Shown here piece after piece: positions 9,380-18,582 of a stretch of DNA of 57,259 nucleotides (position 1 is its first letter; the number at the start of each line of letters is the position of its first letter). The notes below the pieces were generated by a model, which was given only the letters and a program-made list of their open reading frames with translations, did no database searches and was not told where the DNA came from. A program made the translations under genes and the position numbers. The DNA is from Flavipsychrobacter sp. (GTDB lineage Bacteria > Bacteroidota > Bacteroidia > Chitinophagales > Chitinophagaceae): the NCBI GenBank assembly GCA_035497355.1, contig DATJDP010000103.1, positions 1 through 57,259 on the forward strand, in the 5' to 3' direction.

Positions 9380-11863
9380 ATGCTTTTTGCATCGTCGGAT
9401 TCTTCTTCTTCATTTCACTTTGCTGATGTTATTCTGCCTTTAAATCTACCCCAGGTGCTCACTTACGGCGTGCCTCATAATCTACAGGGGAGTCTTAAAG
9501 CAGGCATGCGGGTGGAGGTATCTCTGGGCCGGAATAAACAGTATGCGGGGGTGGTAGAGCGACTGCACAACGAAAAGCCGGAAGCATACCAGGTAAAGCC
9601 GGTTAAAAGTATAGTGGATGATGAACCTGTCGTAAATGAGAAGCAATTACAATTCTGGAGGTGGATAGCACATTACTATATGGCCGCTCCCGGAGAAATA
9701 ATGCAGGCGGCACTCCCGGCGCACCTGAAGCTGATGGGCGAAACAAAATTGATATGGAATGGCGGGTCACCAGACGCCGGTAATATTAACTGGAGTGATG
9801 ACGCCTTCATTGCAGCAGAAGCTTTAGAATTAAAGCAAGAGCTTTCTATCAGCGAGCTCCGGGCTATTGTGGGCCAACGGGCTTTAAAGAATGTGCTGAA
9901 TGAATTGCTGGAGAAGGAAGCAGTGCTCATCAATGACTCACTGGAGCCGTTGTACAAGCGGAAAAGAGAACGCGTGATCCGGCTTGCAACCGAATATAAA
10001 AATGAAGAGCGGCTAAGTTCTCTTTTCGATGAACTTGCCAAAGCTCCCAGGCAACTGGAGCTTCTGATGTCCTATGTAGAACTTTCATTAAAAAATAAAT
10101 TCGTTCGTCAGCACGATCTGCTGGAGCGCTCCGGAGCCAGCGCTGCGCAGATAAAAGCACTCAGCGATAAAGGCATTTTCATCGTCGAAGAGAAAGATGT
10201 GGACCGCCTGATGTACGAAGGCATAGAAGAGGCGAAAGAAATCGTTTTTACTCCTGCACAAGAGAAAGCTTTCGAAGAAGTGGAGACCGGCCTCGCGGAA
10301 AAAAATGTGGTTTTACTGGAAGGGGTCACGGGAAGCGGGAAAACGATCCTCTATATCCAAAAAATAAAGCAATGCCTTGCCGAGGGCAAACAGGCCGTGC
10401 TGCTGCTCCCTGAGATAGGCCTTACAACCCAATTGGTGAGGAGATTGTACGCATATTTCGGCGAAGAGCTTGGTGTGTATCATTCCCGTTTTAGTAATAA
10501 TGAACGGGTGGAGATATGGGAAAAAGTAAAGAAAGAGCAATATAAGATCGTTGTCGGGCCCCGTTCTGCTCTTTGGCTGCCTTATCATGATCTTGGTTTA
10601 ATTATAGTAGACGAAGAGCACGACGGTTCTTATAAGCAAAAAGATCCGGCACCCCGGTTTCATGCACGGGATGCTGCCGTCTATCTTGCTTCTCTCCACG
10701 GTGCCAAAGTGATACTTGGCTCCGCAACGCCTTCCGTAGAGAGCCTTTACAATGCACAACAAGGGAAGTACGGCTATGTGCTGCTAAATGAACGGTATCT
10801 GGGTGTAAATCTGCCAACGATACAGATCATCAATGCCAAGTCAATAGATACACTGAGACCGCAGGGCATCAAACTAATCTCTCCGGAGCTGCTGCAGGCA
10901 ATGACTGAAGCCTTGCAGCAACAGAAGCAGATCATCCTGTTCCAAAACAGGAGAGGGTATGCTCCATTCCAGCTCTGCACGGTTTGTGGCTGGGTACCTC
11001 ATTGCAAAAACTGCGCGGTGTCGCTCACATATCACAAAAGCTCAGATAAGCTTCATTGTCATTATTGCGGGCTTAAAGCGGCAGTTATTCATACGTGCCC
11101 CTCCTGCGGCAGCAATCGATTGCAGAGTAAGACCTTCGGAACAGAAAGAATTGAAGAAGAGGTACAGCAGATCTTTCCCGAGGCGCGGGTAGCGCGGATG
11201 GATGTTGACAGCATGCGGGGCAAACAAAGCATGAGCGATCTTCTTGATAAACTTGAGAAGCACCAGATAGATATACTGGTAGGCACGCAGATGGTGGTAA
11301 AGGGCCTAGATTTTGCCAGGGTCGCACTGGTAGGTATTCTCAGTGCCGATAGTCTTTTCAGTTATCCTGACTTCAGGGTAAATGAGCGGGCATTTCAACT
11401 GATGGAACAGGTGAGTGGAAGGGCCGGAAGAACGGATGGCGCCGGCAAGGTGATCGTTCAGGCTTACAACTTACAACATCCGGTGTTGCAGTGGGTGAAT
11501 GAACACAATGTTCGTGCTTTCTACGACCACGAAATAAAATACCGCGAGTTCTTTGCCTATCCCCCATTTACCAGGCTGGTAAAGATCATTTTCAAACATA
11601 AAGATGAGCCGAAGGCTATCAGTGCCGCCGCTCAGCTGGCGCAGGCATTACAAAGTATTGAAGGCATTACTATACAAGGGCCCGTCCCGGCATTGGTGAG
11701 CAGGGTACGGAATCTGTTTATCCATGAAGTATGGGTGAAATGCCCCCGGGATGCAAGAGTATTGGAACAGGTAAAAGCCCTGATACGGGAGCAAAAGCAT
11801 ACAATCACTGCACAAAGGGGTTATAGTTCTCTACAGGTGCTCTTTGATGTTGACCCTGTATAA
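9380..11863 (+). CDS. priA: Primosomal protein N' (replication restart helicase PriA)
   Basis: 827 aa with Walker A GVTGSGKT, DEEH box (IVDEEHD) and a Cys-rich zinc-binding insertion (CTVCGW…CKNC…CHYCG…CPSCGS). Confidence 0.95.
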   Translation: MLFASSDSSSSFHFADVILPLNLPQVLTYGVPHNLQGSLKAGMRVEVSLGRNKQYAGVVERLHNEKPEAYQVKPVKSIVDDEPVVNEKQLQFWRWIAHYYMAAPGEIMQAALPAHLKLMGETKLIWNGGSPDAGNINWSDDAFIAAEALELKQELSISELRAIVGQRALKNVLNELLEKEAVLINDSLEPLYKRKRERVIRLATEYKNEERLSSLFDELAKAPRQLELLMSYVELSLKNKFVRQHDLLERSGASAAQIKALSDKGIFIVEEKDVDRLMYEGIEEAKEIVFTPAQEKAFEEVETGLAEKNVVLLEGVTGSGKTILYIQKIKQCLAEGKQAVLLLPEIGLTTQLVRRLYAYFGEELGVYHSRFSNNERVEIWEKVKKEQYKIVVGPRSALWLPYHDLGLIIVDEEHDGSYKQKDPAPRFHARDAAVYLASLHGAKVILGSATPSVESLYNAQQGKYGYVLLNERYLGVNLPTIQIINAKSIDTLRPQGIKLISPELLQAMTEALQQQKQIILFQNRRGYAPFQLCTVCGWVPHCKNCAVSLTYHKSSDKLHCHYCGLKAAVIHTCPSCGSNRLQSKTFGTERIEEEVQQIFPEARVARMDVDSMRGKQSMSDLLDKLEKHQIDILVGTQMVVKGLDFARVALVGILSADSLFSYPDFRVNERAFQLMEQVSGRAGRTDGAGKVIVQAYNLQHPVLQWVNEHNVRAFYDHEIKYREFFAYPPFTRLVKIIFKHKDEPKAISAAAQLAQALQSIEGITIQGPVPALVSRVRNLFIHEVWVKCPRDARVLEQVKALIREQKHTITAQRGYSSLQVLFDVDPV

Positions 11864-11997
11864 TAGGGATACATATAGAAACTCAGTCTCTTTTATCATC
11901 TCCGGTTAATTAACGAAACGCGGGTAGTTAACAGCAGTAAATCTGGTTATGGTTTGGTATTTGCTGAGATTAGGCAAAGATTTGTATTTTGATCATT

Positions 11998-13698
11998 ATG
12001 CGACTGAAGAACGTTTTATTATTAGCGCTTTTACTATGCTCCTCACTGCTGCACGCACAAACTGAAAACATCTCGCTCTATCCGCAGGACTATTTTCGTA
12101 ATCCCTTAGATATTCCGATTTTTCTTGCAGGGAATTTCGGAGAATGCCGTCCGGGGCATTTTCACAGCGGCATTGATATCAAAACAAAGGGCGTGGAAAA
12201 CCAACCTGTACATGCCGCGGCAGATGGTTACATTTCAAGAATCAAGATGGAGAAAGGCGGCTTTGGTCATGCACTCTATATTACTCACCCAAACGGCTTT
12301 ACTACGCTATACGCTCACTTAAATAATTTCATTCCTTCCATTCAAAAGTTTCTCCGGCAAACCCAATATCAAAAAGAAAGCTGGGCGGTGGATATTTCCG
12401 TACCCGCCGACCAGTTTCCGGTTAAAAAGGGACAACAAATCGCCTGGAGTGGAAATACCGGTGCTTCCACAGCTCCGCATCTTCACTTCGAAATCAGGGA
12501 TTCGCGGACCGAACATCCGCTCAATCCTTTGTTATTCGGGCTTCCCGTTACCGATACCCGTTCTCCGCTCCCCACCCAGCTTTCATTGTACGATATGAAC
12601 CAGAGCATTTACGGACAGCAGGCGCAGATCATTTCTTTAAAGCAGTCAGAGAACATCTTCACAACAGGGAAGGATATTATCACCGTTAATACCGACAAGC
12701 TTGGCATCGGACTTAATGTCAATGACTTCATGAATGGCAGTCATAACACCTTAAATTTTTACGAAGCCCAGTGGTACCTCGATGATCAATTGCAGGGTAG
12801 CATCAGGCTGGACGACATTGGCTACGAAGAAACACGCTATTTGCATGCCTATGTCGATTACAAACTGAAGCAGGAAAACGGCAACTGGTATCAGTTGTTA
12901 TTTGAATTGCCGGGCAACAGACTGGATCATATCTACCCTTCTCTCAATGCTCAACGGGGTGTCATGACGCTCAGTGATGCACAGGCGCACAAAGTACGGA
13001 TAGAACTGCACGATGCCCTGGGAAATGCCACCACTATTGCATTTAATGTAAAGTCAGGAGGCGCAACAGCAGCACCGGCTTGCGACAACAGGTTTACGGT
13101 AAATCAGCCCAACAGCTTTGAAGATCCAAATGTGAAGTTCCGGCTAAGCGATAAGGACCTTTATGACAACATCTGTTTTCAATTCAGCAGTAAACCTGAT
13201 GAAAAAAGTTTTTCTGAGCGCTACCAGATCCACTACTCCTATGTTCCGGCACACACCTATTTCGATCTTAGCATCAAGCCAAACAAACCGGTACCATTTA
13301 ATCTTCGCGACAAAATAGTTTTGATGTACAGCGATGGAAAGTCTGAGGACGGCAAAGCGGCAAATTTTTTCAATGGCTGGTACAAGGCGTCCGTAAGGAA
13401 CTTTGGTGAGTACCGGCTAGTAGCGGACACGATCGCACCTGTTATCAAATCGCTGCAGAAAGAAAATGAAAACCTTTCAAGGGCACGTCAGATGAGGTTT
13501 TCAGTAAAAGAAGCGGCAACATCGGTAAAAAAATTCCGGGCAGAACTCGACGGTAAATGGTTGCTCTTCGAGCCGCGCGGCACTACTTTCTTTTATGATT
13601 TTGATGAACGCTGTCCTAAAGGCAAACATAGTTTGGTAATAACTGCTGCAGACGAGAATGATAACACCACTACCTTTGTCTACCATTTCACACGATAA
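11998..13698 (+). CDS. M23 family metallopeptidase (LytM-type) with a long C-terminal extension
   Basis: Signal peptide MRLKNVLLLALLLCSSLLHAQ, plus the M23 motifs HFHSGIDIK and APHLHFEIR. Confidence 0.85.
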   Translation: MRLKNVLLLALLLCSSLLHAQTENISLYPQDYFRNPLDIPIFLAGNFGECRPGHFHSGIDIKTKGVENQPVHAAADGYISRIKMEKGGFGHALYITHPNGFTTLYAHLNNFIPSIQKFLRQTQYQKESWAVDISVPADQFPVKKGQQIAWSGNTGASTAPHLHFEIRDSRTEHPLNPLLFGLPVTDTRSPLPTQLSLYDMNQSIYGQQAQIISLKQSENIFTTGKDIITVNTDKLGIGLNVNDFMNGSHNTLNFYEAQWYLDDQLQGSIRLDDIGYEETRYLHAYVDYKLKQENGNWYQLLFELPGNRLDHIYPSLNAQRGVMTLSDAQAHKVRIELHDALGNATTIAFNVKSGGATAAPACDNRFTVNQPNSFEDPNVKFRLSDKDLYDNICFQFSSKPDEKSFSERYQIHYSYVPAHTYFDLSIKPNKPVPFNLRDKIVLMYSDGKSEDGKAANFFNGWYKASVRNFGEYRLVADTIAPVIKSLQKENENLSRARQMRFSVKEAATSVKKFRAELDGKWLLFEPRGTTFFYDFDERCPKGKHSLVITAADENDNTTTFVYHFTR

Positions 13699-13699
13699 C

Positions 13700-14161
13700 A
13701 TGACACTGAAACCAGGAGATAAGGCACCGGAGTTTACGGTAAACGACCAGAACGGGAACCCCGTTTCGTTGAAAGACTTCAGCGGAAAAAAACTGGCGCT
13801 TTACTTCTATCCCAAAGACAATACCCCGACTTGTACCGAACAGGCCTGCAATCTTCGCGACAATATCGCTCTCCTGAAAAAGAAGGGAATTGCCGTGATA
13901 GGCGTAAGTGTCGATAGCGAGAAGAAACACCAGAACTTTAAGAACAAGTTTTCGCTTCCTTTTCCGCTCCTCTCAGATACAGATCATGAACTTGTGGATG
14001 CATACGGCGTGTGGGGAGAAAAGACGTTGTTTGGCAAAAAGTACATGGGCACACACCGGGTCACGTTTCTGATCAATGAGAAAGGTAGCATTGATGATAT
14101 CATTGATAAAGTAACTGCTAAGGATCATGCACAGCAGATACTGGATGCATGGCGCATGTAA
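13700..14161 (+). CDS. bcp: Thioredoxin-dependent thiol peroxidase (Bcp/PrxQ peroxiredoxin)
   Basis: MTLKPGDKAPEFTV…LYFYPKDNTPTCTEQAC contains the peroxidatic and resolving Cys in the Bcp arrangement. ATG at 13700. Confidence 0.85.
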   Translation: MTLKPGDKAPEFTVNDQNGNPVSLKDFSGKKLALYFYPKDNTPTCTEQACNLRDNIALLKKKGIAVIGVSVDSEKKHQNFKNKFSLPFPLLSDTDHELVDAYGVWGEKTLFGKKYMGTHRVTFLINEKGSIDDIIDKVTAKDHAQQILDAWRM

Positions 14162-14198
14162 TTCCGTTATATTTTAGCCCTCAACATAATTTGAGTTC

Positions 14199-15140
14199 AT
14201 GCGCAAGGTCATTTCGCTGATCCGTAATTACTTCAAAGAGCATTTTAGTTTCAGGTACTTTCTGCCCGTTGCTCTGTTTACAGCATTGCTGATCTACCTC
14301 AACTACCACTACCATTTCGAAGAGCGGTACATCACCAATGAATATGATCCCGCGAAACGGCTTATCCGTTACTTTCTGATGTATTTCCTTGCGCTCGGAG
14401 GCGCTTATTTTCTCTATATCCTCAATCCGAAAGACCGAAAACTGTTGTTTTCCGGTAAGCTATGGCTGATGATCTTGTTCACGGTCTTTATCTTTTCCTT
14501 CCGCTGGTGGTTCTACCAATACCAACACCCTGTTTATGCACACGTTTCCCCTTTATACCAGAACATCGTTATCAAGTACATTATTAATTTGTCGGGCTTT
14601 ATCTGGCTGTTTATTCCATGTGCTGTTTACTGGCTTATCGTCGACAGGAAGGACATGCCTATCTATGGATTTCATGCAAAAGGTGTTGTACTGAAACCCT
14701 ATTTTATCCTGCTGCTGCTCATGGTGCCTTTGGTTGCTGCTGCCGCCACACAAAGAGATTTCCTGGAGATGTACCCGAGGCTGCTGCACACCGGCCTGCC
14801 TCGCTCCGGCTTTAAGAACTATGTCCTTGATTTCATTTATGAGATCTGCTATGCACTCGACTTTGTAAACACTGAGTTTTTCTTTCGTGGGTTTCTCATT
14901 CTTGCATTTGCGCGCTTTGCCGGACCGAAAGTGATCTTACCGATGTGTGTTTTCTATGTTACCATTCACTTTGAAAAGCCCCTTGGTGAAACGATCAGTT
15001 CTTTTTTCGGCGGCTGGATCCTCGGCATTCTTGCCTATGAGACGAAAAGCATCTACGGCGGTGTCATTGTTCACCTCGGCATTGCATTGCTGATGGAGCT
15101 CGTGGCATTGGCGGCGCATTTGTTTTATGGTATGGTGTAG
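14199..15140 (+). CDS. CPBP (CAAX) family intramembrane glutamic endopeptidase
   Basis: Polytopic 313-aa protein with the EFFFRGF motif (EExxxR-type motif 1) and a late His-containing helix (GGVIVHLGIAL). Confidence 0.7.
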   Translation: MRKVISLIRNYFKEHFSFRYFLPVALFTALLIYLNYHYHFEERYITNEYDPAKRLIRYFLMYFLALGGAYFLYILNPKDRKLLFSGKLWLMILFTVFIFSFRWWFYQYQHPVYAHVSPLYQNIVIKYIINLSGFIWLFIPCAVYWLIVDRKDMPIYGFHAKGVVLKPYFILLLLMVPLVAAAATQRDFLEMYPRLLHTGLPRSGFKNYVLDFIYEICYALDFVNTEFFFRGFLILAFARFAGPKVILPMCVFYVTIHFEKPLGETISSFFGGWILGILAYETKSIYGGVIVHLGIALLMELVALAAHLFYGMV

Positions 15141-15335
15141 GCCTGGCTTCTGCGGCGCTGGCTGTGGCGATGGCTCGTGGCGATGGCTTACAAACCTCCC
15201 CCGCTCAGGCACAAAGCCTACGCTCGCCCCTCCAAAGGGGGATAGGCCACTGCTACAAGCCAGAGCCGATTTGATAATTTGGTGATTTGATGAGGAGAGG
15301 CCAGCGCTACCAGCCAGAGCACTTCCGCCAGCGCC
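15141..15335. repeat. Repeat mosaic: (GGCNNN)n tract, a GC hairpin word, gatttga words and a second hexamer tract
   Basis: ggcttctgcggcgctggctgtggcgatggctcgtggcgatggc directly follows the CPBP stop. Further elements are cccctccaaaggggg, gatttgataatttggtgatttgatga and ccagcgctaccagccagagc…. Confidence 0.8.
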
Positions 15336-15336
15336 G

Positions 15337-16468
15337 CTATCTACTGCCTATCAGAAAATCTTCAAAATTTCCCGGGTGAATCGTCTGAAAATTGCTGTTT
15401 TCATAAGCCTGCAGAAATTGGGTTGGCTTCCTGGTCTTTGCTGTAGGATTCCACTTAAATTCATAAGCGCTTATTGCGCCATCTTCCTCTTCAATAAAAT
15501 CAATTTCCCTTTGCTCTTTAGTAGCCAAAACCAATAATTAACCCATCTACCTGAGTAGTTCAAGTGCTTTATTCTTTCCGAAATGATAAAATTTCCCATA
15601 GAGCACCAGCGTCGCTTCTGCTTTCAACAAAGTTGAAGTTGGCTATAAGGGCGTTCCGGATACCATTATCATAAAAATAGAATTTTTTGCTGCTCTTCAG
15701 TTCATTTCTCAGGTTGCGGCTGAAGGAACTTAGCCTAAAAATGACAAATGCTTGTTCAAGGAGAATTATGTATTTTTCAACTGTTTTCGAGTCGAGACCA
15801 CAGATCTGGCCCAACTCGTTATAGGATACCTGAGCACCAAGCTGAAACGCTAAGGCCTGTAACAATTTCAGCACCTTGTCAGGCTTTTGTATTTGTTCCC
15901 ACATAAGGATATCCTTATACAGGTAACTATCCGACAGTTGCTTGAGTATTTCCTTTTCTTCACCTTCATTTGTTATCACATCCGGATAGTAGCCGAAGAC
16001 CATCCGGTGTTTTAATAAACGTTTTTCTTCCAGCAAGCCATGATGATCTACCATCTCTGTGAAAGAAACCGGAAACATACGATATTCCCATTTTCTGCCC
16101 GTCAAGGGTTCGTTTACTTTGTTCGCCAGATCAAAGGAGGAGCTGCAGGTAGCGATAAGTTACACTTCCGGTAAGGTATCGGTTATCAACTTTAGCCGCA
16201 GACCTATATTTTCAATTCTCTGCGCTTCATCAATGATCACTACTTTCTTATTTCCGATAATAGAACGTAGCCTTGTAGCCGAAACTTCGGAAAATAGCTG
16301 CTGAACATCCAGTTCGTCGCCGTTCAGCCAAAGCATATCGCCATTATGGTCAAAAATTTTTCGTAGTAAGGTCGTTTTGCCTACCTGTCGCGCACCGGCC
16401 AAAATAATGGCCTTCTTCCTAAACAGCTTGTCTGTTATGATGTTCTCCAACTTTCGCTGAATCATATT
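15337..16468 (-). pseudogene. AAA+ ATPase with DUF4143-type C-terminal domain, inactivated by one in-frame stop and one frameshift
   Basis: Three consecutive ORFs (16160-16504, 15569-16105, 15337-15534) together give one collinear protein with Walker A GARQVGKTT and Walker B VVIIDEAQ. The TAA (complement of 16160-16162) is in frame with the next ORF and sits where the protein continues …[29 protein letters not shown]. The third piece is in a different frame. Confidence 0.8.
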
Positions 16469-16524
16469 CCTCAGAAGTAGCAACTTTTTCGGATTGCAAT
16501 CCAAAAAGGTGGTAATTGGTGATT

Positions 16525-17115
16525 GTCTGAATCAGGATTTACATGATTTGAGGATTAACAATAATGATGAATTGTGAATTATGATTTATGAACGGCGGGG
16601 CGCGAGCAAATGATGAACCACAGAATGCGAGTGTCCGATATTCTTTGTCATCCCGCCTGCCTATAGCCCCACCCAACCTCCCCGAAGGGGGCGCCCAGCG
16701 CGATAACGGTCTGAATCAGGATTTACATGATTTGAGGATTAACAATAATGATGAATTGTGAATTATGATTTATGAATGGCGGGCGCGAGCAAATGATGAG
16801 CCACAGAATGGAGTGTCCGATATTCTTTGTCATCCCGCCTGCATATAAGCCCCACCAACCTCCCCGAAGGGGAGGAGCGCATGGCGATATCCAATGGGAT
16901 CACAAATAAACATGAAGTAGCCCTTCTCTGTCCGGCACTACAGTAGTACTAAAGCGCAGTAGAGAGACATGACGAACATAGGAAGTCTTTATGTTCGCCG
17001 GCTTTTTTGGTTACTTTTTTAGCCGGAAAAAAGTAACAGAAAGACTCTGAACCAGAATTTATAGGATTTATGGATTGACAGAATAAGACTTTCGCACAAA
17101 GGCCAGAGCTTCTGC
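16525..17115 (+). repeat. Long repeat element, copy 1: 184-bp tandemly duplicated 5' module (16525-16708, 16709-~16892) plus a 3' terminator-bearing module
   Basis: gtctgaatcaggatttacatgatttgaggattaacaataatgatgaattgtgaattatga… occurs twice head-to-tail. The 3' part (…gatatccaatgggatcacaaataaacatgaagtagccc…cgcacaaaggccagagcttctgcc) recurs at 25957-26262 and 27446-27812. Confidence 0.9.
16972..17008 (+). terminator. Intrinsic terminator inside repeat copy 1
   Basis: acgaacata-ggaagtctt-tatgttcgcc followed by ggcttttttgg. A second 11-bp-stem hairpin follows immediately (gttactttttt-agccgg-aaaaaagtaac). Confidence 0.6.
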
Positions 17116-17588
17116 CAGTGCCATCGCCACCAGCCACAAGCCATAGCCATTAGCCATAGCCATTGCCACCAGCCATAGCCATAGCCATTAGCCATAGCCA
17201 AATCCCACGGAGCGACTAGAGCCAATAGCCAGTGCCAATAGCCAGCGCCAGTGCCACCAGCCATCGCCATCGCCACCAGCCACCAGCCATAGCCATTAGC
17301 CATAGCTATAGCCAAATCCCACGGAGCGACTAGAGCCAACGCCGCAGGCCAGTGCCATCGCCATCGCTATCGCCACCAGCCATAGCCGTTAGCCATAGCT
17401 ATAGCCAAATCCCACGAGCGACTAGAGCCAACGCCGCAGGCCAGAGCCAGAGCCAGCGCCAGTGCCACCAGCCACCAGCCATAGCCGTTAGCCATAGCTA
17501 TAGCCAAATCCCACGGAGCGACTAGAGCCAACGCCGCAGGCCAGAGCCAATAGCCAGCGCCAGTGCCACCAGCCACCGGCCATCGCCC
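17101..17588. repeat. Largest (NNNGCC)n hexamer-phase tract (~490 bp) with a conserved core recurring 4 times
   Basis: Reads as agtgcc atcgcc accagcc … atagcc attagcc …. The core aaatcccacg(g)agcgactagagcc lies at 17200, 17314, 17407 and 17506 (spacing 114, 93, 99 bp). The last three copies extend to …gccaacgccgcaggcc. Confidence 0.9.
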
Positions 17589-18230
17589 CTACCGCAACAA
17601 CCCATAAATAGCTGCTCCGCTAACGATACAGGTAATGACTGAAATGAGCTTGCGTTTTCTATTCTCATTATGAACCTGTTTCTGCAATTGTTGATTATCC
17701 TTCAGCAAATTCTGTTGTTGATCCAAACACCGGGAAGAAGTAAGCTGCAGCTCATTAATGTATTGCTCAGCCTCGTCCACCATACTATCTTTTGTCAATG
17801 CCTGCTGTTCCAATCCGGATGTCAGTTCACCATAAAGACTATCGGTATAGTGATGGTTATCCGCCAGGAGTATAACGGCTGTCCGGAGGCTGTCGCAGTT
17901 CGTCAATAATGCGGAAGTGTCTTTATATCCTCTCCCATTTTCTGCTAACCGACGGGTGCGTTGCTCTATGGCTTTTTGTTTTCCCTTTTCTCTCGCCAAT
18001 TGCTGTTTCGTAGCAGCTACCTCTTTGTCGATATTAATCTGTTGTTGCCGGAAAGCTTTTCTGGCGCTGTCCCACTGTTCTGCTTTTTGTTGCAAGCTGT
18101 TCTGTGCTGTTATACGCTGTTTTTCCAGCACCGTATCATAACGTTTTACCGGGATGAATATGGAGCGCAGAGCATAGCCCGAAATAAAGCCAAGACATAC
18201 GCAGGCAATAGCAATCATTTTAGTGTTCAT
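17589..18230 (-). CDS. Coiled-coil protein anchored by N- and C-terminal TM helices (spanin-like architecture)
   Basis: From MNTKMIAIACVCLGFISGYAL (TM) through a Q/K/E-rich helical middle to C-terminal LISVITCIVSGAAIYGLL (TM). The start is placed at the ATG complementary to 18228-18230 to avoid overlap with the upstream ORF. Confidence 0.5.
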   Translation of the reverse strand: MNTKMIAIACVCLGFISGYALRSIFIPVKRYDTVLEKQRITAQNSLQQKAEQWDSARKAFRQQQINIDKEVAATKQQLAREKGKQKAIEQRTRRLAENGRGYKDTSALLTNCDSLRTAVILLADNHHYTDSLYGELTSGLEQQALTKDSMVDEAEQYINELQLTSSRCLDQQQNLLKDNQQLQKQVHNENRKRKLISVITCIVSGAAIYGLLR

Positions 18231-18256
18231 AGGTTTTTTGTTTTTTATTGTTTTTA

Positions 18257-18457
18257 TCAATTGCTTTTCTTTTCCAGCGAATAACCGAAGCATCCGGCGG
18301 CCACCATGGAACTAAAACCATAGAAGATGTATTCCGGCATCGGCTTTTCGAAGAATTGCATGGCCAGCCACCCCGTTATTAAAGCGAGGACCAGCAATGC
18401 TATTACAATCTCCCGGAGGCTGTAGCTTCCGTCTTTATCTTTAAATAGTTGTCTCAT
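18257..18457 (-). CDS. Small two-TM membrane protein (holin-like)
   Basis: 66 aa with hydrophobic segments IVIALLVLALITGWLAMQFF and IFYGFSSMVAAGCFGY and a charged C-terminus. It lies between the putative wall hydrolase and the coiled-coil TM protein. Confidence 0.45.
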   Translation of the reverse strand: MRQLFKDKDGSYSLREIVIALLVLALITGWLAMQFFEKPMPEYIFYGFSSMVAAGCFGYSLEKKSN

Positions 18458-18461
18458 TTTG

Positions 18462-18522
18462 ATTTGATAATTTGATGATTTGATGATTGGCCTTAGCTAT
18501 GGCTAATGGCTATGGCTAATGG
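18462..18522. repeat. gatttga word repeat followed by a short (GGCNNN)n tract
   Basis: gatttgataatttgatgatttgatgattgg then ccttagctatggctaatggctatggctaatggc. Confidence 0.8.
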
Positions 18523-18582
18523 CTTGTTTCTGTGTTTTCTTTTTGCAAACTGCCAACTGGAAACTCTCTTTTCTGCCATCTG

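Noticed and set aside
17190-17560. CRISPR-like appearance: a conserved 24-55-nt core recurring every 93-114 bp
   Set aside because: The intervening 'spacers' are the same low-complexity NNNGCC hexamers rather than unique sequences. The spacing is irregular and no cas genes are in the window.
16949-17576. ORFs 16949-17137, 17019-17339 and 17367-17576 (MALVAPWDLAIAMANGYGWW…)
   Set aside because: They are encoded entirely by the long repeat element and the hexamer tract. All frames are open there because of the repeat composition. No start context, no domain.
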